From a virus (Duplodnaviria; Caudoviricetes), in IMG/VR virus record IMGVR_UViG_3300025305_000044, positions 1 to 40,478 of that record: a stretch of 40,478 nt of DNA; one strand, 5' to 3'. The notes under the pieces were generated by a model. That model worked only from the letters and a program-made list of their open reading frames with translations, was not told where the DNA came from and made no database searches. The position numbers and the translations under genes were made by a program. Below are positions 9,440-17,747 of the stretch, piece by piece; position 1 is the first letter of the stretch; each line of letters begins with the position of its first letter.

Positions 9440-9663
9440 TGACTATAGATATATGGAGCTTAACAGTATGGGATTCAGATACAGGACAGATTTATACACT
9501 AGGTGCTGACTTTGATGTTAGTCACATTGCTGATATCCTAAATGATATGATCCATATAATAGGTTTGGAGATAGCCATTAAAAATGGATTATTGATAAAA
9601 AGTGTATTAAATGATGGGAAGCCTGTGGCAAATAAAGATTGGTTAAACTGGAGAAAGAGGTAG
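9439..9663 (+). CDS. Hypothetical protein
   Basis: TAATG coupling. Confidence 0.55.
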   Translation: MTIDIWSLTVWDSDTGQIYTLGADFDVSHIADILNDMIHIIGLEIAIKNGLLIKSVLNDGKPVANKDWLNWRKR

Positions 9664-9775
9664 TTATAGAGAAAAGAACCTGAAGTATACCAATGTGGAA
9701 ACTAGTTACAGGGAAGGTTTCAAAACGAAAAAAATAAAGTAGGTCAGTTTTAAATAGTATAATAAGGAGAGAGAA

Positions 9776-9949
9776 ATGAGTGGCGTAACAGAACAGATGT
9801 TGATTCATACACAGGAGTTTAATATAAGATTAGACAGTACTGAAAGACTCATGCATGAAACACATCAGGAGGTAATGCAAAAATTGATAGACATTCAAGA
9901 TAAGATTGATTTACTAGAGTTTCGACTAAAAGAAAAGAATTATGGATAA
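9776..9949 (+). CDS. Hypothetical coiled-coil protein, 57 aa (not in ORF track)
   Basis: AAGGAG SD; MSGVTEQMLIHTQEFN... Confidence 0.6.
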   Translation: MSGVTEQMLIHTQEFNIRLDSTERLMHETHQEVMQKLIDIQDKIDLLEFRLKEKNYG

Positions 9950-10121
9950 TCATAATTGGTCAAGTCGAGAGAGAAAAACAACATCTAAACGGTATCTGAA
10001 AAACTTAAGTAAGCCGTTTCGTAAAACCCTTCAAAAAGATTCTAAACAATCTCGTGAGTGGTCTAAACTAAAAAAGAAGTTGCGAAGGCTTGAAGACTAC
10101 GAAGCTGAGGAAGTAACTTAA
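9942..10121 (+). CDS. Small basic protein, 59 aa (not in ORF track)
   Basis: MDNHNWSSRERKTTSKRYLKNL...; overlaps previous stop. Confidence 0.55.
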   Translation: MDNHNWSSRERKTTSKRYLKNLSKPFRKTLQKDSKQSREWSKLKKKLRRLEDYEAEEVT

Positions 10122-10254
10122 TAATGCGTATGTTAAAGAAATTTATATGTAGACGAAGGGGTCATTCAAATAATGTATTAGAAGTATATATACTTAAAGA
10201 TATTATTAGATGTTCCCGCTGTAATCAAATACAGGAGACCTTTTATAAAAGGTA

Positions 10255-10779
10255 ATGAAGGAGGAGTATATGGTAGAAGAAAATAATACTCCCTTAGAGG
10301 AACATGATTATGAAGAACTGGAAAAAGAATTATCGTTCAGTTTATCTAGAAATGAAGCATTGTTTTTAGATGATAGTCTGACTTTAATGGTTGAACGAGA
10401 AGGAGATGAACAGCGAGTATTTTCTATGCGACCTGTACAAATGACTGCAGGACTAGCCGTACCATTGGACTTAATGGACAAGATTGGTAAAGCTGTGGTC
10501 TATACTACAAAACAGGAAAATCAAGGTAAAGAGTATACGTTTGAGATAGATATTACAGAACTCTTTATGATTAGGGAGGTAGCATCATCGTTTATTAAAA
10601 TTGGAGATGAACCTGTAGGCTATAATTTAAAACGTAAAGTTTGTGCATTACTGTATGCTGATGAGCTTGAACAAGAGAGTAGAGATGTGCAGATAGATTA
10701 CCTACTTAAAGATGTTCAAGTTAATTTTGATACGGTAATTTCGGATGAAATTGATATCACTATAGATGTAAATAAGTAA
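10255..10779 (+). CDS. Acidic hypothetical protein
   Basis: 174 aa ORF; alternative start 10270 with GGAGGAG SD. Confidence 0.7.
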   Translation: MKEEYMVEENNTPLEEHDYEELEKELSFSLSRNEALFLDDSLTLMVEREGDEQRVFSMRPVQMTAGLAVPLDLMDKIGKAVVYTTKQENQGKEYTFEIDITELFMIREVASSFIKIGDEPVGYNLKRKVCALLYADELEQESRDVQIDYLLKDVQVNFDTVISDEIDITIDVNK

Positions 10780-10811
10780 ATAATACACATCATTCGTAGG
10801 TATATATATAT

Positions 10812-10844
10812 GGGGGGGATATAAAAATCCCCCCCCTATTTTTT
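10812..10844 (+). terminator. Intrinsic terminator-like hairpin
   Basis: GGGGGGGAT/ATCCCCCCC stem then TATTTTTT. Confidence 0.7.
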
Positions 10845-10847
10845 AAA

Positions 10848-10931
10848 GCCTCTGTGGTGGAACGGTAGACACGCTTGGTTTAAGCCCAAGTGCCAAAAGG
10901 CGTGAAGGTTCGATTCCTTCCAGAGGCACCA
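10848..10931 (+). tRNA. tRNA-Leu(TAA)
   Basis: GCCTCTG/CAGAGGC acceptor, CTTGG-TTTAAGC-CCAAG anticodon arm, long variable arm, GGTTCGATTCC T arm, encoded CCA. Confidence 0.95.
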
Positions 10932-10957
10932 AAAAGAAGTATAAGGGGGACATAGAT

Positions 10958-11242
10958 ATGAGTATAGATATTTACCATTATTCTCTACTACCTGAAGGTT
11001 TGCAGGGCAGTATGCAACAATATGTTGAAAGGGGTATTGAGGCAGGTGGCTTTCTTATGGCCTGTCTTGAAAATGATTTAGTGGGAGCTTTTGCCAGAGC
11101 AGATAGTAAGAACCTTCCACGTTTACAGGAAATTGTGAAATGGATTTACTGGGAAGCTCCAACTGGATGTTGGGGAAGTAAAGAGAAAGTTAATAGTTGG
11201 TGCAAAGTTGGGGGAATTCAGTCTCCTCTATATTTGCGCTAA
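10958..11242 (+). CDS. Conserved phage hypothetical protein
   Basis: GGFL..CLENDL..AF.RAD..N...APxxCWGS pattern. Confidence 0.7.
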   Translation: MSIDIYHYSLLPEGLQGSMQQYVERGIEAGGFLMACLENDLVGAFARADSKNLPRLQEIVKWIYWEAPTGCWGSKEKVNSWCKVGGIQSPLYLR

Positions 11243-11255
11243 GGAGAGTATAACG

Positions 11256-11456
11256 ATGACAATTATAACTGGTGACCTAATTCCTTTATTTAGATTACAT
11301 ACATTGCTTAGTGGTTTAAAGTTAGAGTTAAAAGGTATACGAATGACTAATAAAGGACGTAGCTGTTATGCAATTATTAAATCTGAACTAGGTTTTACGG
11401 GAAGCAAACAAAATGTTTATAATCAACTAGAGAGCTACTTAAATGCCAAACTATAA
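11256..11456 (+). CDS. Hypothetical protein
   Basis: AAGGAG SD, ATG 11256. Confidence 0.65.
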   Translation: MTIITGDLIPLFRLHTLLSGLKLELKGIRMTNKGRSCYAIIKSELGFTGSKQNVYNQLESYLNAKL

Positions 11457-11640
11457 AGTATATTGGAGCAAGAGATATCATGTTTCTGGTATTGCTAAAA
11501 TAGAAGCAGATAGTGTTACAGAAGCCGAAGAAATTGTACGAGAGCATATAGGAGACTATGAAGGCCCTATGCAATATGATCCTCATGGAGATACGGTGAG
11601 TACCTTATATGAGGTTGAAACCTATAAAAGAGGAGAGTAA
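11443..11640 (+). CDS. Hypothetical protein
   Basis: IEADSVTEAEE motif common in small phage proteins. Confidence 0.6.
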   Translation: MPNYKVYWSKRYHVSGIAKIEADSVTEAEEIVREHIGDYEGPMQYDPHGDTVSTLYEVETYKRGE

Positions 11641-11641
11641 G

Positions 11642-11863
11642 ATGAGACTTGTTTTAGACCCAAGAAGAAAAGAGGATACGGTACTAGGGTTCGAGTGGCT
11701 TGAGCCAGTGAGTTATGGATATGACAAAGAGGGCATACTTCAAACCATACTGTGTAAAGGACTCATGTCTGACAATTCAGTAAGTCTGATTGATATCCAA
11801 GAGCCAGAACTTTCAGAAGACTTAATGATGAATTACACTGTATGGGATAACACTAATGTGTAA
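11642..11863 (+). CDS. Hypothetical protein
   Basis: GAGGAG SD, ATG 11642. Confidence 0.55.
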   Translation: MRLVLDPRRKEDTVLGFEWLEPVSYGYDKEGILQTILCKGLMSDNSVSLIDIQEPELSEDLMMNYTVWDNTNV

Positions 11864-12521
11864 GCCTATAGTTAGAAAGATAACAAAGAAGGAAGCAGAA
11901 TCATTACTTCATCCCTATCATTATTTGACAAAGGAAAGCAAAGGTTTTAGGACAGGCTATAATTATGGTGCATTCATTGATGATGTTTTACAGGCTGTCT
12001 GTATATTTCATAATCCTTCTGTTCCTGAGTTGGTGAAGGGGTGCTTCGGTTTGACACGAACCGATCAACGTGGTATACTTGAACTTGGGCGATTAGTAAA
12101 ACATCCGTCTGCCAACGGCAGTTTAATACTGTCTCAATTTGTAGCAATGGCTATGAAAGAGGTACGTAAGGAACTGGACGTTAGAGCTATTCTTAGCTAT
12201 GCAGATTCTCGCTACCACGCAGGGTATATATATCAATCTTTAAACTTTATGTATTATGGACTCACAGACCCTAAAAGCGATTGGTGGTTTGAACAAGAGG
12301 ATGGCACTTTTCTTAAACATACTAGAGGCAAGGTAAAAGGTAGTAAAGGAGAATGGAGACACCGACCAAGAAAACATAGATATTTATTAGTTTTTGACAA
12401 GACTCTTCAAACGAAGTGGCTTCCAAAAGTCTATCCTAAAAAAGATAATAAGGAGTATACGTATTATGATTGCAGTAAAGAACAAGTTGATTATCGAATC
12501 AAAATATCTAGCACAGTTTGA
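11856..12521 (+). CDS. Mom-like (GNAT-fold) putative DNA-modification enzyme
   Basis: HYL, ELGRL, SQFVA, ILSYADSRYHAGYIYQSLNFMYYG, KHRY motifs. Confidence 0.65.
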   Translation: MCKPIVRKITKKEAESLLHPYHYLTKESKGFRTGYNYGAFIDDVLQAVCIFHNPSVPELVKGCFGLTRTDQRGILELGRLVKHPSANGSLILSQFVAMAMKEVRKELDVRAILSYADSRYHAGYIYQSLNFMYYGLTDPKSDWWFEQEDGTFLKHTRGKVKGSKGEWRHRPRKHRYLLVFDKTLQTKWLPKVYPKKDNKEYTYYDCSKEQVDYRIKISSTV

Positions 12522-12792
12522 AGAGTTGTGTAATAAATTATCGCCGGAAAATCTTGCTTGTGATGGAGAATTTAATATGCTTGAAACTAGGAGAAAGGAA
12601 AAGAAACTTCTGAAAGTTTGGAAACGATTAGAAAAGAAAATTGGGCGTACTGTAACTGAACAGGAAATATGGGATACTGTTTTGGAAACATATAGACAGA
12701 ATAGAATAGCTTCAATCCCTAAGAACAGAGTGTGGAAAAATTATGTAGAAGAACCAGATTTAGATGATTATGATTATGAGGCTAGAGACTAA
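12466..12792 (+). CDS. Conserved phage protein (LSPENLxCDGE)
   Basis: AAGGAG SD before ATG 12466. Confidence 0.65.
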   Translation: MIAVKNKLIIESKYLAQFEELCNKLSPENLACDGEFNMLETRRKEKKLLKVWKRLEKKIGRTVTEQEIWDTVLETYRQNRIASIPKNRVWKNYVEEPDLDDYDYEARD

Positions 12793-13046
12793 TGACAATG
12801 GGATATTTTATAATTCTATCGGTTATAGGTATGGGAATTGTGGGTATACTTAATATCTATATTGCCTATCTTTCCTTTAGATTAGTAGGTTTAACTAAAT
12901 CTATTCTACAGGAAACTATTACTATTAGGAACGATACGAAAGGTATCTTAGCAGAAACTATTATTATTCGGAAAGATACAGAATGTATCAGAGATGAGAA
13001 TATTCGTATACGAAAAATTAGTGAAGAAGTTAGAGATAAGTTATAG
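12792..13046 (+). CDS. Membrane-anchored protein with 14-aa repeats
   Basis: N-terminal TM helix; ILQETITIRNDTKG / ILAETIIIRKDTEC repeats. Confidence 0.6.
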   Translation: MTMGYFIILSVIGMGIVGILNIYIAYLSFRLVGLTKSILQETITIRNDTKGILAETIIIRKDTECIRDENIRIRKISEEVRDKL

Positions 13047-13049
13047 AGA

Positions 13050-13307
13050 ATGGAGGGAAGGATAATGGACGTTTACACAACAACAGTTAAAACAGTAGGG
13101 AATGTAGATAAACAACAGTATACGCCTATCACAGACCCTGAAGATTTTTGGGGAATTACAATAGATGAAGTCCGTGATAAGATTTCTAAGTGGCAAAGTT
13201 TCTGGATGGTTGGTGGCGGCAATTGGACAAATCCTGTACTCTATAGAAATGGTGAAGCCTTTGGTTATTTCTCATATAATCTACGATTATGGGATTCCCT
13301 GCTCTAG
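13050..13307 (+). CDS. Hypothetical protein
   Basis: GN.D..Q...GGGNW...FSYN.RLW pattern; start may be 13065. Confidence 0.65.
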   Translation: MEGRIMDVYTTTVKTVGNVDKQQYTPITDPEDFWGITIDEVRDKISKWQSFWMVGGGNWTNPVLYRNGEAFGYFSYNLRLWDSLL

Positions 13308-13311
13308 GGAT

Positions 13312-13341
13312 TTGACAAAAGTTTTACGCTTGTGTTAAACT
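13312..13341 (+). promoter_or_regulatory. sigma70-type early promoter
   Basis: GGGAT-TTGACA-18-TAAACT. Confidence 0.75.
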
Positions 13342-13444
13342 AAGGTTGCGTTGAAAAAACCGATTCGCTTTTGCGGAGGTGTAGATATGTAATTATCGAG
13401 GATGTTCAATATCAAAGTATGTTTAGTACATAAAGGAGTAAATC

Positions 13445-13666
13445 GTGGGTATACAAGAAATAGTAAAAAGCATACAGGATAGTGTAAGCAACTTAGAGGA
13501 CGTACAGCTAAAGGTTGAAGATATAATGGCTACGGCAGAGGATGTAAGAGATAGAGCCGTAAGCACACTAGAAGCTCTCCAAGAGGATATAGAACTTCTC
13601 TATAGAATAGAAACAAATCTATATGAAGCAGAGAGTATAGAAGACGACTCAAATAATATAATTTAG
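13445..13666 (+). CDS. Acidic coiled-coil protein
   Basis: AAGGAG SD, GTG start. Confidence 0.65.
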   Translation: MGIQEIVKSIQDSVSNLEDVQLKVEDIMATAEDVRDRAVSTLEALQEDIELLYRIETNLYEAESIEDDSNNII

Positions 13667-13684
13667 TATAAAGGAGCTAATATA

Positions 13685-14743
13685 ATGTCAGCATCGATTT
13701 TTGGTGATAGATTTCTAGGAAGGCGCACACCTGCATGGCATAGGATTGGACAAGTATTTGAAGAGCCTATGTCTATGAGTCAGGCTATTCGTAAAGCAGG
13801 TATTGATTTTCATATTGCAAAACATCCTGTAGTAGTTCAGATAGATAAAGGAGAGACTATAGACCTTGTACCTACTAATAATTTTGCAGTTGTGCGAGAA
13901 CCTGTAAAAGACGACGATGAATATAGAGTATTGTCTATAGTAGGAAAAGAGTGGACTCCTATTCAAGCTGTGGATTTGGGTAGGATGTTAGACCCTGTAA
14001 CAGAAAAGTATCCTGTGGAAACCATAGGTGCAATAGGTTATGGAGAGAAAATCTTCATGACCTTAGATGCAGGGGATAGTAAGATTTGTGGTGAAGACCA
14101 TAAACTATACTTCCTCGTTACTGACCATCGTGATGGTATGGGTGCATTGCAAATTGCTTTTACTCCTGTACGAGTTGTGTGTCAGAATACACTTACGGCG
14201 GGGTTGGCAAATGCTAAGATTTCAGTAAGGCTTACCCATACTAGGAGAATTGAATCGGATACAGAGTGGTACATAGGATTGTTTAATCAAATGAGTTCAG
14301 CAAAGGATGAAGCTATTGCTGTTATGAACACTCTTAATACAACTACTATAGAGGACACAGATGTGGAGAGAGTTTTGAAGTCTGCATATCCTGACGCTTC
14401 TCAGCCCAGACGATTATCTCTTTCAAAGGATATCACTGCTGATGATGTCCCTACTGGTGTGTGGATGAAACTTCTTGGTGACAAGAAAGAATTGCAAGAA
14501 GAATATGAGAAACGAGTAGAGAGAATAGAATTGATTCGTAATGGAGCAAGGGAACGTTATACTGCTTTCAACGATGAGTTTAGTAATCTTGCTCGTACTC
14601 CTTGGGCTATATGGCAAGCGATTGTAGAAACAGAAGACTATAGGAAGGGCCACGCTAATTCTGCTACCGCATTGTTTGGCTCTAGGGCAGATGCTAAGGC
14701 TAGGGCTTTTTCAACTGCTAGACAATTAGTAACTAATAGTTAG
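13685..14743 (+). CDS. DUF932/DUF945-family protein
   Basis: PAWHRIG, HRDG, TPVRVVCQNTL motifs. Confidence 0.85.
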   Translation: MSASIFGDRFLGRRTPAWHRIGQVFEEPMSMSQAIRKAGIDFHIAKHPVVVQIDKGETIDLVPTNNFAVVREPVKDDDEYRVLSIVGKEWTPIQAVDLGRMLDPVTEKYPVETIGAIGYGEKIFMTLDAGDSKICGEDHKLYFLVTDHRDGMGALQIAFTPVRVVCQNTLTAGLANAKISVRLTHTRRIESDTEWYIGLFNQMSSAKDEAIAVMNTLNTTTIEDTDVERVLKSAYPDASQPRRLSLSKDITADDVPTGVWMKLLGDKKELQEEYEKRVERIELIRNGARERYTAFNDEFSNLARTPWAIWQAIVETEDYRKGHANSATALFGSRADAKARAFSTARQLVTNS

Positions 14744-14770
14744 TATAATAGAAAGAGCAAGGTGAGGGTG

Positions 14771-14798
14771 CTGTCCTGAGCATGACAGAAAACTGCTC
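14771..14798 (+). ncRNA. Repeated H-type pseudoknot motif, copy 2
   Basis: CTGTC-CTGAGCAT-GACAG-AAAAC-TGCTC. Confidence 0.65.
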
Positions 14799-14830
14799 TA
14801 TTTTATAGACTATAAACGCTGCAGGAATAT

Positions 14831-15106
14831 ATGGATACTAAGGACGCTGAACAATTGATGTTACCTTTTTTCCCTCATGATCCGTACTTAGCAGTACAGT
14901 CATTATCTAAAGCGATGTATGATTATGCGGGAGTGCTGTTACCTAATTGGATATGGGAAACGATAGTACAACAATACTTCACGTTCCTACACCTTCAAGT
15001 ACTGCACATGAAACAAGAACATTTACGTGAGCAAATAATATCTGAAGACCCTTTTCACATGAATACTATACCCTATCTTATACCCGACCATCCTCTATCG
15101 AATTAG
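14831..15106 (+). CDS. Hypothetical protein
   Basis: 91 aa ORF, AGGA SD. Confidence 0.55.
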   Translation: MDTKDAEQLMLPFFPHDPYLAVQSLSKAMYDYAGVLLPNWIWETIVQQYFTFLHLQVLHMKQEHLREQIISEDPFHMNTIPYLIPDHPLSN

Positions 15107-15118
15107 AGCAGTGGGGAT

Positions 15119-15147
15119 TTGCCACAAACGTCGAAACATGCTAAACT
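15119..15147 (+). promoter_or_regulatory. sigma70-type early promoter
   Basis: GGGGAT-TTGCCA-17-TAAACT, extended -10 TG. Confidence 0.7.
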
Positions 15148-15194
15148 AATGAAGCGGTCGAAAAACGGCATTTTGTGGAGGTGTGAGATGTAAT

Positions 15195-15635
15195 TATATA
15201 TTCGTAATAAACCAGTATTGAGAGATAAGCTACTAGGCTAAGAACGTTATTAGAATAGTCGTAAAATCTAAACCTTGACGAAGGCAAGGATAAATGCTTA
15301 CTCTCTAATAGCTAATACGTGAAAGCATAGCCTCCCTGCATAATCGAATATTATTTAGGTGCAGGGATAGGTTAGGGGGATGTATAGCTTGTGGATTGTA
15401 TTATACCTATATCCATACTGATTTTACTACTGTTGTATCCAGTGTACCGTGCATACGTTGTATCACAAAGTACGAAGGACGGATAAATCTAGAACGCAGA
15501 ACTGTTAATGTCTTAGGCAATTCTAGGTTCACGTTTACTTGCGTACCGCTTGTTGACCGTCAATCCGTCTGTATCCAGAGAGCCAGTATGAACAGTCCCT
15601 GTGCGGTTGTCAACCACAGGCTATGCATTCCCTGC
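15195..15635 (+). ncRNA. Candidate large structured ncRNA of unknown family
   Basis: 19-bp long-range helix 15376-15394/15614-15632 with three G.U pairs, nested helices, no convincing ORF, downstream of a promoter. Confidence 0.6.
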
Positions 15636-15666
15636 TAATAAAATATAAAAGAGGAAACATCAACAC

Positions 15667-15921
15667 ATGGAAACTGAAGCAGTATTTATTGCACAGCCAA
15701 AGGGAACATGGACACACGACAACATTGTTATAGAGCATGATGGGTCTAGTGCCTACACAGTATATATTACATGGAAAGGTACTCAAGGGGGTTGGGAAGA
15801 GGCCAATACAACAGTCTGTAAAGTTCCACACCAGATGGCTATGATATCCTTATTATCCGACCTAACTGGTAAGCGTCCTTTATTTACTACTCTTGCTGGT
15901 GAATCTATTTTATACCATTAG
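15667..15921 (+). CDS. Hypothetical protein
   Basis: GAGG SD. Confidence 0.6.
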   Translation: METEAVFIAQPKGTWTHDNIVIEHDGSSAYTVYITWKGTQGGWEEANTTVCKVPHQMAMISLLSDLTGKRPLFTTLAGESILYH

Positions 15922-15937
15922 GAAAGAGGAAAGAGTA

Positions 15938-16126
15938 ATGGCTAGAAATGTAGAACATATCTGTGACATCAGGGATAAGTGGTGTCAAGAAGGAGCCAAT
16001 CCTTATAGACATCCAGATCATAATAGTCATAAGGGTGGATGTATTTGTCCACTAGAAGAGGACGATTTGACGAATGTCATAAAATCTGCTAAACTTGAAG
16101 CAAGTCGAAAAATAATTAGATTGTAA
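15938..16126 (+). CDS. Small Cys/His-rich protein
   Basis: GAGG SD, ATG 15938; 3' end overlaps next promoter. Confidence 0.5.
   Translation: MARNVEHICDIRDKWCQEGANPYRHPDHNSHKGGCICPLEEDDLTNVIKSAKLEASRKIIRL
16067..16095 (+). promoter_or_regulatory. sigma70-type early promoter
   Basis: TTGACG-17-TAAACT, then CAAGTCGAAAAA. Confidence 0.7.
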
Positions 16127-16138
16127 AGGAGATTAACT

Positions 16139-16639
16139 ATGCCTAACTGGTGTCAGAATGAAGTAACTGTAACAGCAGATACTAAAGGGACATTACAGAA
16201 TTTTATAAATTTTGTAAAAAGTTCGGATGTAGAGTTTTCTTTTCAGAGTATAATGCCCATGCCTTCTGAACTCACAGGTACTTGTTCTCCTGTGCAAATA
16301 TGTACAGTGGAAGAATATCATGATTGGATTAGGAAACACCAACCTACATATGATTTTGAAGGTAGGCCCATTACTAAACAGATGAGTGTTAGATTCAAGA
16401 AACAGTATGGGACAGATAATTGGTACGATTGGTGTAATAATAATTGGGGAACTAAGTGGGACACAGCTTCTGTCTATGTAGACAAATTTGCTGATACAAC
16501 AATACACTATAGTTTTGATACTGCTTGGTTGCCTCCTGTAGGAGTCTACTCAGCATTAGTAAAACTATTTCCTGATCTGCACTTTTCTTGGTTTTATAGA
16601 GAAGAGGGGATGGCAATTGCAGGATACTTACCTAATTGA
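16139..16639 (+). CDS. DUF1281/Api92-like (YubB ferredoxin-like fold) protein
   Basis: MPNWC, NWYDWC..NWGTKW, FDTAW.PP. Confidence 0.85.
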   Translation: MPNWCQNEVTVTADTKGTLQNFINFVKSSDVEFSFQSIMPMPSELTGTCSPVQICTVEEYHDWIRKHQPTYDFEGRPITKQMSVRFKKQYGTDNWYDWCNNNWGTKWDTASVYVDKFADTTIHYSFDTAWLPPVGVYSALVKLFPDLHFSWFYREEGMAIAGYLPN

Positions 16640-16682
16640 CAAGCGAACTAAGTCGAGAGAAGTTGAAGTAGGAGAGTGAGAT

Positions 16683-16892
16683 ATGGCAAAGCACGAATGT
16701 AACTACTTGAGTAGCTGTTGTTATTATGGAGTAATTTATGGCACAGAAATAGATTTTGATGAGAGTGGCGCATTTGGTGTTTGTAGTAGCTGTCATGACT
16801 ATGTGCCTTTTTATGATGAAGGCCATTCCCCTTGGGATGATGATGTTTCTACAAAATCCTTTACGCCAGTTATAAATCATAATTATGATTAA
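16683..16892 (+). CDS. Small zinc-binding protein
   Basis: SSCC...CSSCHD; AGGAG SD. Confidence 0.6.
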   Translation: MAKHECNYLSSCCYYGVIYGTEIDFDESGAFGVCSSCHDYVPFYDEGHSPWDDDVSTKSFTPVINHNYD

Positions 16893-17169
16893 TCCATCTA
16901 ACATATTATGGACAGATTCTAATCAAACTATTCGTAAGTGGATAGACCAAAGAACTGGTTATGGTATGGAGCATGACCAATGGGCAGAAGACCACGGTAT
17001 CCATGTAGGTTATTGTAATCGTCATAAGGTAAAGGTATGGGATGAAACTTGTGACGAATGTGAAAACGAAGATAATGGATGGTTGCTCTGTGGGGAATGT
17101 GAAGAGTATAGATATGAAGATGCTAGAGTAGAAGGTGGTCTGAAGTGCGGAGTGTGTGCTTATGGTTAA
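16885..17169 (+). CDS. Cys-rich hypothetical protein
   Basis: CNRH, CDEC, CGEC, CGVC. Confidence 0.65.
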   Translation: MINPSNILWTDSNQTIRKWIDQRTGYGMEHDQWAEDHGIHVGYCNRHKVKVWDETCDECENEDNGWLLCGECEEYRYEDARVEGGLKCGVCAYG

Positions 17170-17211
17170 GTTGATGATGTTGGAAAGTATAATTATTAGG
17201 AGAGGTATACT

Positions 17212-17487
17212 ATGACTAAAGAAGAGAATTTGGAAATAGCTGGAGAGTTTGCTTCCTCTATGAGAGGAAGGTTTATTATAGCCAAGGCATTACACTACGG
17301 TATACAGGAACTCGAAAAGGTTGAGGGGGTGCATAAAGAAGTATCTGATATAGACGATATGCATTATCTAAAAGAGACTGTATTTAATTTTCCTGTAGAG
17401 GTACTAGCACCTAGAAAGGCTGCGTACCCTCGGACTAAAAGTACACTAGAAGATTTGCGCTTATCGCAAAAAAGTGATAGACTTTAA
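17212..17487 (+). CDS. Hypothetical protein
   Basis: GGAGAGG SD. Confidence 0.65.
   Translation: MTKEENLEIAGEFASSMRGRFIIAKALHYGIQELEKVEGVHKEVSDIDDMHYLKETVFNFPVEVLAPRKAAYPRTKSTLEDLRLSQKSDRL
17455..17483 (+). promoter_or_regulatory. sigma70-type early promoter
   Basis: TTGCGC-17-TAGACT with TG, then GAGTCGAAAAA. Confidence 0.6.
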
Positions 17488-17540
17488 GCGAGTCGAAAAA
17501 TAACTCGTGACCTGAGCAGTAATTGCATTAGGAGTATATA

Positions 17541-17747
17541 ATGAAGTACGTTGTTTTAATGCCTGAGTATCATCTAGAGAAAGATTCAAAATGGAGTAGA
17601 CGAGACTCTAAGAAGATCACTAAGAAACGGTTTACTCCTGACAATAGAAGAAGTGTACGATGGCTCCTGAAAAAATCAGGGGAAGAAGCTAAAAGAATAC
17701 AAAAAGCTAGAGAGCAAAAGGAGAAGGAGACATGGCAACAGAGTTGA
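17541..17747 (+). CDS. Small basic protein
   Basis: AGGAG SD; Lys/Arg-rich. Confidence 0.6.
   Translation: MKYVVLMPEYHLEKDSKWSRRDSKKITKKRFTPDNRRSVRWLLKKSGEEAKRIQKAREQKEKETWQQS

Noticed and set aside
15375-15635. tmRNA, RNase P RNA or group I intron
   Set aside because: No T-arm/CCA end, no GAGGAAAGTCC, no convincing intron core or interrupted host gene
15396-15831. ORFs 15396-15638(+) and 15610-15831(-)
   Set aside because: The first has a TTG start and overlaps the predicted RNA helices; the second is antisense to a better-supported gene
16637-16660. Additional promoter TTGACA...AAGTCGAGAG
   Set aside because: Has a -35 and the +1 motif but no -10 at proper spacing; at most a deleted relic
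17508-17527. Fifth pseudoknot copy (TGACCTGAGCAG)
   Set aside because: Only the 5' half matches; closing stem and AAACTGCTC are missing (possible relic)
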